Below, piece after piece: positions 49,270-61,900 of a DNA stretch of 64,000 nt. The position numbers and the translations under genes were made by a program. Source of the DNA: Chrysomallon squamiferum (lineage: Eukaryota > Animalia > Mollusca); contig CM022665.1 in assembly GCA_012295275.1 (NCBI GenBank), forward strand, positions 40,734,001-40,798,000, in the 5' to 3' direction. Every line of letters starts with the position of its first letter. Positions within the stretch are counted from its first letter, which is position 1. The notes under the pieces were generated by a model. That model was given only the letters and a program-made list of their open reading frames with translations. It made no database searches and had not been told where the DNA came from.

Positions 49270-50959
49270 CTAAACGAAATTAAAAAAAAATATATAAAGT
49301 TTTGAATTTGCATATGTAACTTATGTTGTCACCATTAACGTATTACATTAGAATCTATTAACTGCTAATAAATCAAATATTTTGGGGTTCTCTGAGAATA
49401 TCCATCAATCTGCATCGTAAATAAACGCCTCCTGATGGGATCCAGTGTATTCCACCAATTTCCTTAAATCAGTTATAAATTTTGTCTATCATTTGTCCAT
49501 TAAGGCTGTCCCATCACATATTTTACTTTTATAAAAATCACTGCACGCAATAAAGTATTAACCACTATACCATCATCAGGCTATAATTTCATGAACAGCA
49601 TTTTTATTTATTCATTTTTATTAATTTTCTTGTCCCTTGAGACAGTTCTTTCTACATGGTAACCAACCAATTTATCCAATTTTTTTTTTTTTTTTTTTTT
49701 TACTAACGGCAACTGTTAAACGAAACATAATTATTGTTCACACAAACCTCGGCCATAAAACTAACACACATGAAAACTATCTAAGTGGTTCCGTGTGTTC
49801 AAGCAGTCTCCCTCAACTGTTCTCGAAACCAGAAATTAGTCTGACCATCACGTGACTCGTATATTCAATTAACATAAAGTTCCTGTCCATTACTCTGATA
49901 ATGGGTTTTTACAGTTTTATAGTAAATCTATATAACATCTGACCATGACCATCTGTTGTACGTTTCCTTGGTAACAGGTTACTAGTGTTTGTCTTGAGGG
50001 TGGGTAAATGAATGAATGGGGCTTGTGGGTGTTGATTCTGTTATTATTTTATTGTTTTTGTTTTCCGATAAAATAGGTATGCGTTATTTCACAAGAAACA
50101 GAAATATAACGAACACTAAAGAAGACTGATAATATTTTTAAAAAATGGCGGCCGGTTATGTGTTCGTATAAACCATATATAAAACACACACACACACACA
50201 CACACATATAGATGTATATCTTTAAATCAGTTACAAAAAGAACTCGTTCTTATTTGTACATAATGGATCTTTTTTTCTTTTTTTTTTCCTGATTCAGTTT
50301 TAAAACTGTAAAAATATTATCTGATGTGAACATCCGCCATTAGTTCGCCGCAAAAGCGCCATCTATTTTCACCGATAGCGACACCTGCCATTCAAACAGC
50401 GTGAGACAACCCTAAGACAATAAATCAACATTTGAAAAGGCGGCCAACCCCTAGTGTGCAAATTACCCACACAAAGCAAACACGAGGTCACCAGTGTTTG
50501 TTTATGGCTCTCAGTTCGAGCTAGACTAAATATCTTTGCAAGTATTCCCGAAAGAATTCATTAAATACAGTACACAATATATTTCATATTCGTTAATTAA
50601 TAGACAATTTAGTTATGTAAATAAAAATAATTTTAAAAAAAACCGGACAAAATATAATTCACCAGTTAATTAATAGATGATTTATTTATAATCAATCAAA
50701 ATAATTTAACACTTGGTATTAATATAACTTTCTTTCGTTAATTAACAGACGATTTATTTATGTAACACATTGATTGAATGAATGCAAATAGTGCTGTCAC
50801 TGCTGCTGCTGCTGCTGCTACTACTACGTCTACTGCTACCACTACAGCTACAACCACATGAATCGTAATAAAATTTTAATTATTTTTCATAATAGGACGT
50901 AGACAATTTTTCATCTGTGCTCTGTATACCATAACATTCATGCGCCATTGTAATTTCTA

Positions 50960-50999
<40 letters not shown>

Positions 51000-53305
51000 C
51001 AACAACATTACTTCTGTTTAATAAATGAATCCTGTTTTATTTCTTCCCTTGGTATAAGAATACGACCAGACCCTTAAGCATGTTGAAACATCTGCCGAGT
51101 TTGATCCCTGCCACGAGAAACCATAAATTAAGCAGATAAACAGACAGACGGAAAGATTTAGACTTTCGATGATAAAGCCGGCGCAGGTACGCGTATTATA
51201 AATCACACAGATAAACATTTATCTGCAAATGGTTTGCATTTTTAACTGAGTACCGTGCCTAGGCAAGTGAAAATGGTTTATGTTCAGATTTTTTTTTTTT
51301 TTCTTTTAATCCTTCCATCTTTTTTATTTTCTCTTTTCTCTCTCTCTCTCTCTTCGTATATGCGATAAGCAAGCCGGCAACTCCATACAGAGCTTGCAAG
51401 ATAATCGACCTTTCCCCTTCACAGCCGCGGAGCACATAAACAGCTCGCAGTCTTGCAATGTTAATGTCAAATTGAACGTCCCGCGGTGCACGCCTCGTTA
51501 CCCTCAATTATTAGCCCGCTGGGAAGTACACGAGAATGGAACAATATTCCGACCATGTTGCGCCGAGTAATCACTGTGTTCTATTGAATACGGACTGCGC
51601 TACCAGTCTATTTTAAAGCAATTTGCGTTCGCAGTAAATCGGGATGAACTACCCAAAAACCAATTTGAGGTTACATTAAATGGGGATTTGTTGTGACTGA
51701 CACTTTTCATAATTTTACAGACCATTAATAAGTCGTACAGTGATGGGGGTTTTTCGTTATCGTTTACGAACGTGTTCTGTATTTTTTATTTTATTTTATT
51801 ATTATTATTATTACTTTTTTTTTTTTTTTTTTTTTTTTTAACAATGATGTTTGAACAATTAGCTGTTTAATATTTTAAAATAAATTAACTTAGTTATCAA
51901 TAAAATTATTAACAAATACTTGGGTGTTTGTTTTTGTTTTATAAAAAAAAAAAATGTATGATAATTTTTTAAGTCATTCTTTTTATTAAAACCAACAAAC
52001 ACGACTACTTAAATAACCGTAACCTAACACAGATGCATAATCTCAAAAGACTTGGAAATTAGTCTCTGTAAATGTAATAGGTTATGCATTAACAATCCTA
52101 AGATGGAATCATGTTAAAAATCACACACGTCTGTATAAATGGACAACCTTAATGGTTCACATAATACACTGATACCTTTTTAGAAGAGGTTTGTTAAAAG
52201 AATCACTGAATTAAACCTATGTGGATTTTTATTAAGTTATTGTGGAAGTTTCTAGAATCGTTCCTGAATTTCGCGGCAAAAACATCACACTTCCAACTTT
52301 TTTCTTTTTCATTACTCACTTGGATTTCATCTGCCCACTGCAAATGGTTACTCCCAACGAACAAAATGTAATAAATGCATTTTATATAAAAGTATTTCTA
52401 GTATGCTAACAGAATTCTTAAAAGGAAAGACGAGAAGAAGAAGAAGAAGAAGAAAAAAAATAGTGTTGATGTAATTTTCCTTGTATTGATCGTATAAGCA
52501 TGGCAGCGCCATTTACAAGAACATGGCGTCTTCAGTCGATGTTTGCACGTATCGAGATCGTGTCTATTACATTACATAATCGAGATATTTTCCTTTCTCA
52601 ATTAATAACTTACCCTTAATCGATCTTCCCATGACATCTGAAGGAGTTTAATCAGATCAATAGTCTCTCCCAATTCCGTTACCATGACGACGGCGGTATT
52701 GCTGTCGCCGTTATACCGTTGCTTGGGAACACAAAAACCAATCACCTGAAGTATAGAGAAAGGGGAGAGAAAAAAAAATTGTTTTAAAAAATGTAAAGAC
52801 AAAATAAGGATTGTTAAAAATGTGAAATTTGATATTAACTGACGTGTAGGTGTTTGCTGGTGGCGTTGTGCTTTTAATTAAGTAGAAAGAAATAAAAGTT
52901 AGATCGATAACTCTCTGAAGGCGCAAAATTGAATTAATAATTTAATTTTTTTTTTTTTTTTTTTTTTTTCATTCAAGATAATCGTCTGAATTTTTCAGTT
53001 CTTATAAAGAAGACTAATATCATTACTTTTACTTTTATGTATTTTATTTTACAGTTCTGCTATATCCAAAAGCTGAAGTTAAACTCATTGTGTTTCTGGT
53101 GTAATTATTAGTTTACGGGTGTAATACTTGTAACAATGTGAAGATATTTGGTACGTTGTATACATTTGTCAGTCATTAAATCACCACGTTTTAAATGTGT
53201 TTTTTTTATTATTGTTATTTCTATTTTTTTTATTTTTTATTTTTTATTTTTTTTTTTTTTATGGCTACTACTGTTTTTGACTATTCATCAATCCATTTAT
53301 CCACT

Positions 53306-53341
<36 letters not shown>

Positions 53342-54395
53342 TAATTACATCCATCCATCCATCCATAGACACATACAGTCTATGTACCTACATATACAGG
53401 CCTGTACACTTATATATTCTTACAAAAGAACTGCCATAAGGAACGTATCCTAAGCCTCTACTTATTGTATATTAACAAATAATAAAGCCTTAATGTCGAT
53501 TCACTTGCATGAATTACTTATCCAAATCTGCGAGCACGTTAAGTACTAAAATAAACAAAAAAAAAAAGGAGGGGAAAAGTAAGTTTCTTTGTGTGTGTAC
53601 GTTCTGCATCAGATAAAACCCGACTGAGAGTTCGTGTCCGCCTCTTGAGCTGAATGCAGTGTTTTCAAGTGTCAACCATTTAAATCTTTAGCCGTTCGTC
53701 ATAACAGCTTGCCCAAATCTTTATTTATCGAACGCGTCGCGTTAGAGTTAAACAAATAACGAGTCGTCGACAGTACATTTAAATCTGTCAATACGCTATT
53801 AACAGGCCATTTTCGATTATCGTTCCAGAATATATTGACAACAGAAATGGCATTTTGTGAATGAACGGACTCCATTCTGCTTTCGTAGTTCCAATAACAG
53901 GCGAGGGATTGACACTCTCAATGGGTTTTCTTGTTGTAGACGGTCTCCCACTGTCTCGCTCTTGTTGTTGAACCATTGGCAGACGATCGCGCATTGAAAA
54001 CGTTACTCGTTGAACTGTGCTACCTATACAGTGTTTTTGTCTCTCGGGTTTATTTTTCTTAAATTAATCATGGTATGTGACATGCTCAGGTGTTGGGCCC
54101 ACGTCGAATGTATCTCAACTATAATAATGTAATGGAATAATGATTAAAGTAATACAGAGCCGTTTTATTTTTTATTTTTAAAAGGGAGTGTTAATTTCGA
54201 CGAAGACGATTTTGCTGTTGTTAATAAGGGCAGATGTTATAAACCATAATAACAGTGAAACAACTGATACTGATATTAATAAGAAGAAGAAAAACAATAA
54301 GAAGAACAATAAGAGTAACAACAACAACAATAATAATACGCACTCCCTCACACATATAATAATTCATACAAATTATTACCATCATCATCATCATC

Positions 54396-54443
<48 letters not shown>

Positions 54444-55675
54444 ATTATTATTATTATTATAACAACAGTGGAAGCTCACATCATCACGTTAGATATTTTT
54501 GTGTGGGAAACAAAACATCAATCCAATAACAGAAGATACCTTTTAAATTTTTACATAAAACAAACACACAAATGAAAACAACAAAACAACATACAGAGCT
54601 AAGTGAAAAACCCCACAAAGATCTATCTTGACGATAGTTATTATTTTGAATTGAAATCAAGGATTCGGTGGCAAACTTCAAAGAGAGTTTCGAATCTGAT
54701 TGTAAGAGAGAATGACTTAACATTTACTTCTGCGGAGCTGACTCCGATAAAGGCTAAAAGAGCCGACAGAAAAGATGTCTAAGTTCGCGATACGATCACA
54801 GATGTCTGCAGGGTACAAGTAATTTCTTGTAATCTTTTCTCAGTTTCTACTTCTTAATACCATTACTGCCTTGAAATGAAACCCGGCAATACGCTCAAAG
54901 AGACGGGAATTACGGGTTCTGTTAAGTAGCTCTTGGTTTGGGGGAAATAAATCTACGTTAAATCAATTGTATTGTTGGGTATAGATTATTCTGGATTAAG
55001 AGATGGAGAAAATGAATAAAATGGCTGAAAAATAAACTGTCTCCGCCCTAGATGAAACACAAAAACATTACTTGCATTCCCGCGTTTTAAACTGCCTACT
55101 AATATTGTGTGACACATGGACGAATGGACTGATGGACGGATTGATAAAGAATGAAATTCTCAAACTGTATATTGTCTGTTTTTATATATAAAATAAAACA
55201 GCACCCAAAGAAACCACTAATTTTAAAACTTAAAAGAAAGTTAGAAAGAAAATGCTTAACGTTATTACTAAGAATTAGTTGTGTTTGTTTTAACGATGCT
55301 TTCAAATGCTGTGAATGTTTAAATACATCTAATTTTTTTGTAATATTAACATTGTCAAATATAAATATGCTTTTTGAACAGTTGTGACATGAAAGTGGAA
55401 ACCCGATACTCCCACTTAACAGGCTATATTTATCAATGTGCCCGCTGCCTGATAATAAACCAGTTGTGGAGAAATAAAGAGCAACCAGGATTGATCCGGC
55501 GACCAGTAATACCCCAGGCAGCTCTCTATCACTGAGTTATAATTTGTTCCACTTTTAACAATAGCAACAACTATGACTACAACAATAATAATAATGATTA
55601 TAATAATTACACTTTTTTTTTTAATAAAGATGGTGGAGGTGGTGGTAGTGGGTGATAATGATGATGATGATGATG

Positions 55676-55734
<59 letters not shown>

Positions 55735-56574
55735 GAGCAGGATGACGAACAAAGATAAAAAGTTCAATGCAAAATACATTATATCAAAATATCAGAGATC
55801 GTAAACCAGATATATAATTATACATCACTAATAATACTTCACATTTCAACATACCATTATACCTAACACTGCTGTGCCATACAATACGTTCGATATCTAT
55901 CCAGTGGAGCATTGTTAATTAATTATAAGCGCCACATAAAGACTTACCTTAATGACATTCTCGTGCGGAAGCGCCTGCAGTACGAGTATTTCCTTTATAA
56001 TCTTACGAGCAGCTCTTTGGTAGCACACATCAAACGACAACATTTTCTCCATACACGACTTAATATCCTCTCCGCCTGCATCAACAGTTTTAATAGCGAC
56101 GGGTTTCCCTTGGTATTTTCCTTTAAACACCGCTTTCGTCCATCCAGAAGCAATGTACTTCTGTTCAGTGATGTTTTTGATGTCATCACAGTTCAGAAGA
56201 TCGTCTCCAGTGCTGGGCAGTCCGTCGGGGCCAAGAGAGAGATAAGGAACAGAAGAACGTATTTCAGAACGAGAACTGTCTCTCATATTTCCCATCAGTT
56301 TCCTCATTCTGCCTTCAAACACGAAGTACTGGCTGCCTTTCGAGTTACCCAGAGAAGCACCCAACAACTGGTTGCTGAGTTCCCTGACGAAAACAGAATG
56401 GTCGGAAGTATCCGTATCGTACACTGTTTTCTGTTTGTATTTATCCGTATTTTCCACAATGCCGTGATAGCTTTGAAACATGATGAGATTTCCAAAGAGG
56501 AAAAATAAAATACACGACCCTGCGATGTACCAAACGTTGTCCATCGTTCGTTTGTGACGTCTTCGAAAACCCAT
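40707..56574 (-). CDS. PKDCC: Extracellular tyrosine-protein kinase PKDCC (VLK); complement(join(40707..40789,41730..41906,42819..43075,43611..43819,52614..52745,55948..56574)), 494 aa
   Basis: Six exons with GT-AG sites and matching phases (0,0,2,1,1); 1485 nt in total, ending TGA. N-terminal hydrophobic segment VWYIAGSCILFFLFGNLIMF, G-loop YIASGWTKAVFKG, VAIK lysine, VLK-type catalytic loop DFRRQQFVL, KLSDVDD in place of DFG, and a Cys-containing C-terminal domain (GQFDYRC...C...C...C). An upstream acceptor (exon start 56684) implies non-coding 5' exon(s). Confidence 0.93.
40860..40929. repeat. (TC)n microsatellite in the last PKDCC intron
   Basis: Perfect dinucleotide run. Confidence 0.97.
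55395..55550 (-). mobile_element. Degenerate, internally deleted tRNA-derived SINE
   Basis: Minus strand shows an A-box-like TAACTCAGTGATAG and a B-box-like GGATCAATCC, followed by CCACAACTGGT and CGGGTTTCC segments of the same recalled family. Confidence 0.5.
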
Positions 56575-58850
56575 GCTGAACGATAGTTTTGATTCAAATA
56601 AGCACAATTTTTTCTCTGTTAGTCTACAAGTTTATAAGTATAATATCCATACGTTGGTTTGTTTTGTCAGTTGAAGAGTTGTTTCTGAAATGATATATAA
56701 AATAAATGTAAACATACAATAACATGTTTGGAAAGTTTGTGAAAAAACTAAATTTGTTTCGACCTTTTTTTAAAATGTTCTTATATATTGCGATACATTT
56801 CCATGCATGTGTTTATATGTACGTATGTAGGAGTTTATGTATGTATGTATGTATGCATGCATTTACGTATATGTAAACCTGAATATGCATTTAAGTCATT
56901 AACCTGTTTTGTCACGTTTGTACGTAAAATAATCATAAAATATACAAAGCGTTTGCTGAAAAAGAAATTATAAAAATAAAATCCAAGATTCGGTTGAATT
57001 CAAAGCAAGCAATAATACGTACATGAAACATGCACATAACACAAACAAATACATAATAATAAGGTACTGAAGTTCACATATATGCAAATGTAATATGCAT
57101 TTCCAATAAACAGTCATAGAATAACTAAATACACAAAACTCAATAACACAGTTAACAGCTGTAGTTTCAAAAATGATTAGTAAAACGAACACCGAATGGT
57201 TTTTCCATTGCTTGTGAAGATCATATGGTCCATTTCCAGACACGGTATTTAGGATTACGTACATGTTTTTCTACGGCACACCTGGTCTCGAAGCAAACAG
57301 GCACTGTGAGGTAATCAGTTAGTTTTGTATCCATCATCGAGCGACACAGATGGGCTAAAACGAGGATGGCCAAGTGGAAAACAAGAAAGCACCGCTAGCA
57401 GCCTAATCTGACCGGTTGCGAATAAAGAAAAACAAAGTGTACGTACGTTTTGATGAAGATGGAAGATTGGCTTCAAAAGCAAGAAATTTCAGGCCTGTTA
57501 ATCTGACATGGAGAATCGTGTTGTCATTTACAATGAAAGTAACTCGTGGGAAATAACCCGTTTTTTTTTACATCATCTTTGTTTGTTTTTGTGTATTTTC
57601 ATCTTATTTATGTAAATAAACAAAGTGCGTGAAAGTAGAACATAGCATACATTGAAAGTTTGTCACTGAAGAATTAAAATGTTTTGAAAAGTAGTAAAAA
57701 CACGGTGTTTTTGAAATTATAGTTACCGACAAGTGAACAGAATTTGTTCGTGTCATATTATTGCAAAGTAAATGGAGGTGGAAATAAGTAAATATGTAGA
57801 AAATGAGACGTTGAGGCAGATATCTAGGGCTTTACAAACATCCATGTACTTGTCAGAGTAGATTTTTCAGGAATGCCATGACATACGTCTTGTGAATGTT
57901 TTACATAAGAGGACCATACATAAAATACGTACTAGAAGAGGGAGGTGGCTTCGGGCATTACGTTCAGTCAGTGTACAAGGGTAAAGATAAGGGTTTTCTG
58001 ATGAAGTGAATGTGAAAGTGTGGAACTGAAAAATGCAGAAATGTCAGAATTTAAATGCCAGTGTAAGGATGTTAAGTCCCACACAAACATCGAGCTTGTT
58101 TAAAATGATAAATTCTTTAACTAACCAAACTGCGACAACAAATAAATAAATAACTAAATAAATTAATTAATTAATAAATTAATTAATTAAATAACAACCT
58201 GTTATACGTCGAAGCTTCAGAATTACAGATTTTCAAAAACGCATGGCTCCTAATTTTATCCAATTCTCTTTTCACAGTCAAATGCTGATGTACAGAGGAT
58301 GCGATGATCAACCATTAAAAATAGTGTTAGAAAACCTCATATTTTATGCATACCCTTTTTTTTTTTCTTTCTTTCTTTCTTTCTTTAGTTTTTTAACAAG
58401 TGATGATGCTCTGCCTCGTTAAATATAAACCCCCAGAAAGAAGTGGGAGGGCTATGAGCAGACAGGTTCATACCAACCACATCCAGCTGCTGAAATGTCC
58501 GGGAAACTCAAAACAAACACGAATGTAAAACGTTCTCCGGTTTTTCTGATAAAAACTGCCAGTCCTGCAGAATTGCTGTGTCGCGAATTGCTGTGTTCAC
58601 ATATGCCAGTTAAGACTTTGTTGTTTGCTATAAAAACGTCCAGCAAATGACATTATGACTCGGAGGTGACAAAATGGGGTGGGGTAGGGACTGCGTCTTT
58701 ATTTAAACAAACCTGTGTTTGTTATATGTGTGGCATCTGGTACTGTCTGAGCTGATGTCCGTCCAAGAAAGGCTTGCTTTAACAGTTCTCCGTTGGACAT
58801 TGATACAAGTTACCCAGGCCCTTATTAAATGGCATGATTGTGGGATTTTA

Positions 58851-58923
58851 AATAATAATGATGATGATGATTATAATAACAATAATAATGAAAATGATAA
58901 TTATGATGATGATGATGTTGATA

Positions 58924-58955
<32 letters not shown>
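58851..58955. repeat. (ATG/ATA)n compound trinucleotide repeat
   Basis: Runs of GAT and AAT. Confidence 0.9.
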
Positions 58956-61900
58956 AAAACTGTTAGATCTACGCTCTATGATGAACCTATTCTCTATTTT
59001 ACGGGAAACATTTTTACTGAATTCTTCTAAAGCACTTCTTGACAAAAAAAAATATTTGTTTATAATCATTAAAATTAAAGCCGATAAATATGCTATTAAA
59101 ATATTATTTTTTTTATACGTACACAAAACAATGCACATCATACATATTCACCCAAACGAAATTTAAGATAAAAAAAAAATTTAAAAATTTAAAAAGAAAA
59201 AAAAAAAAAAAAAAATGCAACCGAAAACCAAAAACAACTTTTTATCATTAGATTTCAGTTAAGGACCAAATTTCATTTTTGAACAAAAATCCACAAATAT
59301 TCTCAAATTAATTACACGAATACGTACATATGTATGTAGATAATGACAGCATTAATAACAACGAAATACATAAAGCAATGAACGCAACCAAAAATTTCGT
59401 TCCCTAATAATTTACCTGTTGTGTATGAAGTAATGAACAAATTCCGGTAACAGAGATTAGTAATAAAACTATCCTCGACTCGCTGCTAATCCAATACTGA
59501 CAGACACCAGACTGATTTTTAGTCAGTAAATAACCAATTTGTCCGCGGGAACTATGGCCAGCAAAAGAAGTCTGTGGCAAAGCCCTGTTATCGCACCTCG
59601 TTATCGGATCTTCACGATGCCAAAACTTGAATTGCGTAAGAATTTCCTACGCCGGTAATCCGTGTTGTCCCGCTGACCACTCGGCTAACAATGAGGGAGG
59701 GCAGTGACAGCTTCGCGATTGCTCTCACATTCGAAACGGTTTGTTCGCAAAATCCACACTTGTCAAGCGAACACAAAGTCCAATGAAAGGCGTTTACAGC
59801 TTTCATAAAGAGGCGACAAAATTCTATTGACGACCAACGGTGTATGCTTGTTCCGCCATGTTTACACGCCAAAACCGATCGTGATTCGGGGACCTGTACT
59901 TTTTTTCTTTCTTTTTTTTAAATTTTTAAATTTGTTTTTTTTTTATTTTATTTTTTTTTGTCCTCGTGCGCTGGAAACAATAATGAATGTTTTCGCTAGC
60001 AGACGTGAGTCTCTAACGTGGCGGGAAACATTTCGTGTAAACTGTGACAGAGGATGTGTAAACTGCATTTAGATACAGAATTTTTGTAATTATTTTATTA
60101 TTGCGCCTTGTTGTTATTACACATTAGAGATTAACGTTAGCGATTACACAATGACAATAGGATAATGACGTTGTATTTGTCACGCGTTAATGTTAATTAA
60201 AACAGGGTTAATGAGTTTTAAGTCGTTACTTATTGACACAGGTGCCGAAATAAAACATTGTTCTCAATAACCGTGGGAGTTTGCTGGATTTATCTGGAAT
60301 ACATTTTGTTGAATCTTTTTGAATAATTACACATTTGTACCCATCCTTATATTATACATACAACATATAAATTTGTATGTATATAATTATGTGTAAAAGC
60401 TAGGAACACCATTTAAAAAAAAATAATAATAAAAAAAATAAAAATAGCACATACATATATACACAAAACAATACAGAATAGAGATTTTGGTTTCATTAAT
60501 TAACCGTTTGTAATGAAACAGGATTTTAACCCAAAAATTCCCAACCAAAAAAAAAAAAAAAAAAAAATGCAATAACAACAATAATAATAAAAATGAAGAA
60601 CAACAAATTTTATCAGAAAAAATGAAAGATGTTTTTTTTTTCTTTTCTTCTTCTTATTATCATTATTATTATTATTTTTTTTTTTTTTTTTATTTTATTT
60701 TATTTTTATTTTTTTGGTTAACCGAAAAAAAAAAGAGAAAAAAAGACGCCATTAAAATGTTAAAAGAAAAATACTATTTCAGGTATTAATTAATCTCGAA
60801 TATTCATTAAAAATATTTTCAAAATTCTAAAATCGCAATTTTTTTCTTCTTCTTCTTCTTCTTCTTCAAACAATGAATTTAAATAAAGCTAAACTAATAT
60901 TATAAATCAACAGATTAATAAAGAAAATAAAAGAAAGAAAGAAAAAAAAAATAATTAAAGAGTAAAGAAAACAATAAAAACGCGAAAAGGAGCAAATGAA
61001 TTTTCTAGACAGACGGTATCAGTTTCAAATGAATTTTCTGCTTTAAGGCTATCAAATACATTACGATAAATCTGCTGCGTTAAATCATGACAAAAGTTTT
61101 ACTATACAGAAGACAATAACTGGAAAAAATTCAACGTGAGAGAAGTAAAACCTGAACTAAAGAGATTGTCTTACATTCTTTAATATCATTATTTTAAATT
61201 TTAACATTTTCGATAATTCTTGATCCATTTATGGTTGTAGTAGAAGTAGCAGTAATGGAATGCAATGATACATCAATCCATATTGCACACAGATATACAT
61301 ACACGTACACAGAGAAATACATTCATTTATACATGCACAAAGAACACATGTATATATAAATATATATACACAAAGACGAATACACACCTACAGACACATA
61401 CACACATTTATATATAATTTATACTGTTTTCCAAACATTTTTCTATATTTCCCATTTTCTTGAATGCATCTTTAATATTAAACAGAACTTACAAACGGTG
61501 TGTATTACAGTTTCTGTATTTGCAGTTGGTAAGTGCGTCTGGCATTAAAAACAATAAACCATCTGCCAAGCTCATTACTTAAGAAGAGGAAGAGGAAATA
61601 ATATTATATTTAAAAATAACAATGATCCCAAGCAAACTCTTCCTTCATTACAGAGCTATGTTGAAAGACATCAGGTAAAAATGTAAATAAGTAGCTGTTC
61701 ATTCATTCCAGTGTAATCTTGAACTGAATTTGAAACTTCAATAAAAGATAAACTTAAACGAAAATCAGTCGCATTATATAATTAAGGATTTTAAAGATTT
61801 TAAAGTCGAAAGTTGCATATATACAAAATCCTTCACACAGACACATAAACAGATAGATACACAACATTATATATTTCCCGTTGATAAGTACTTAAACAGG

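Noticed and set aside
55480-55550. tRNA gene
   Set aside because: Degenerate A/B boxes without a cloverleaf; better explained as a SINE head.
55912-56508. 198-aa plus-strand ORF
   Set aside because: Antisense shadow of the first PKDCC coding exon; non-ATG start and no recognisable protein.
58719-59166. Poly-Asp, poly-Met and poly-Ile ORFs
   Set aside because: Trinucleotide microsatellite translations.
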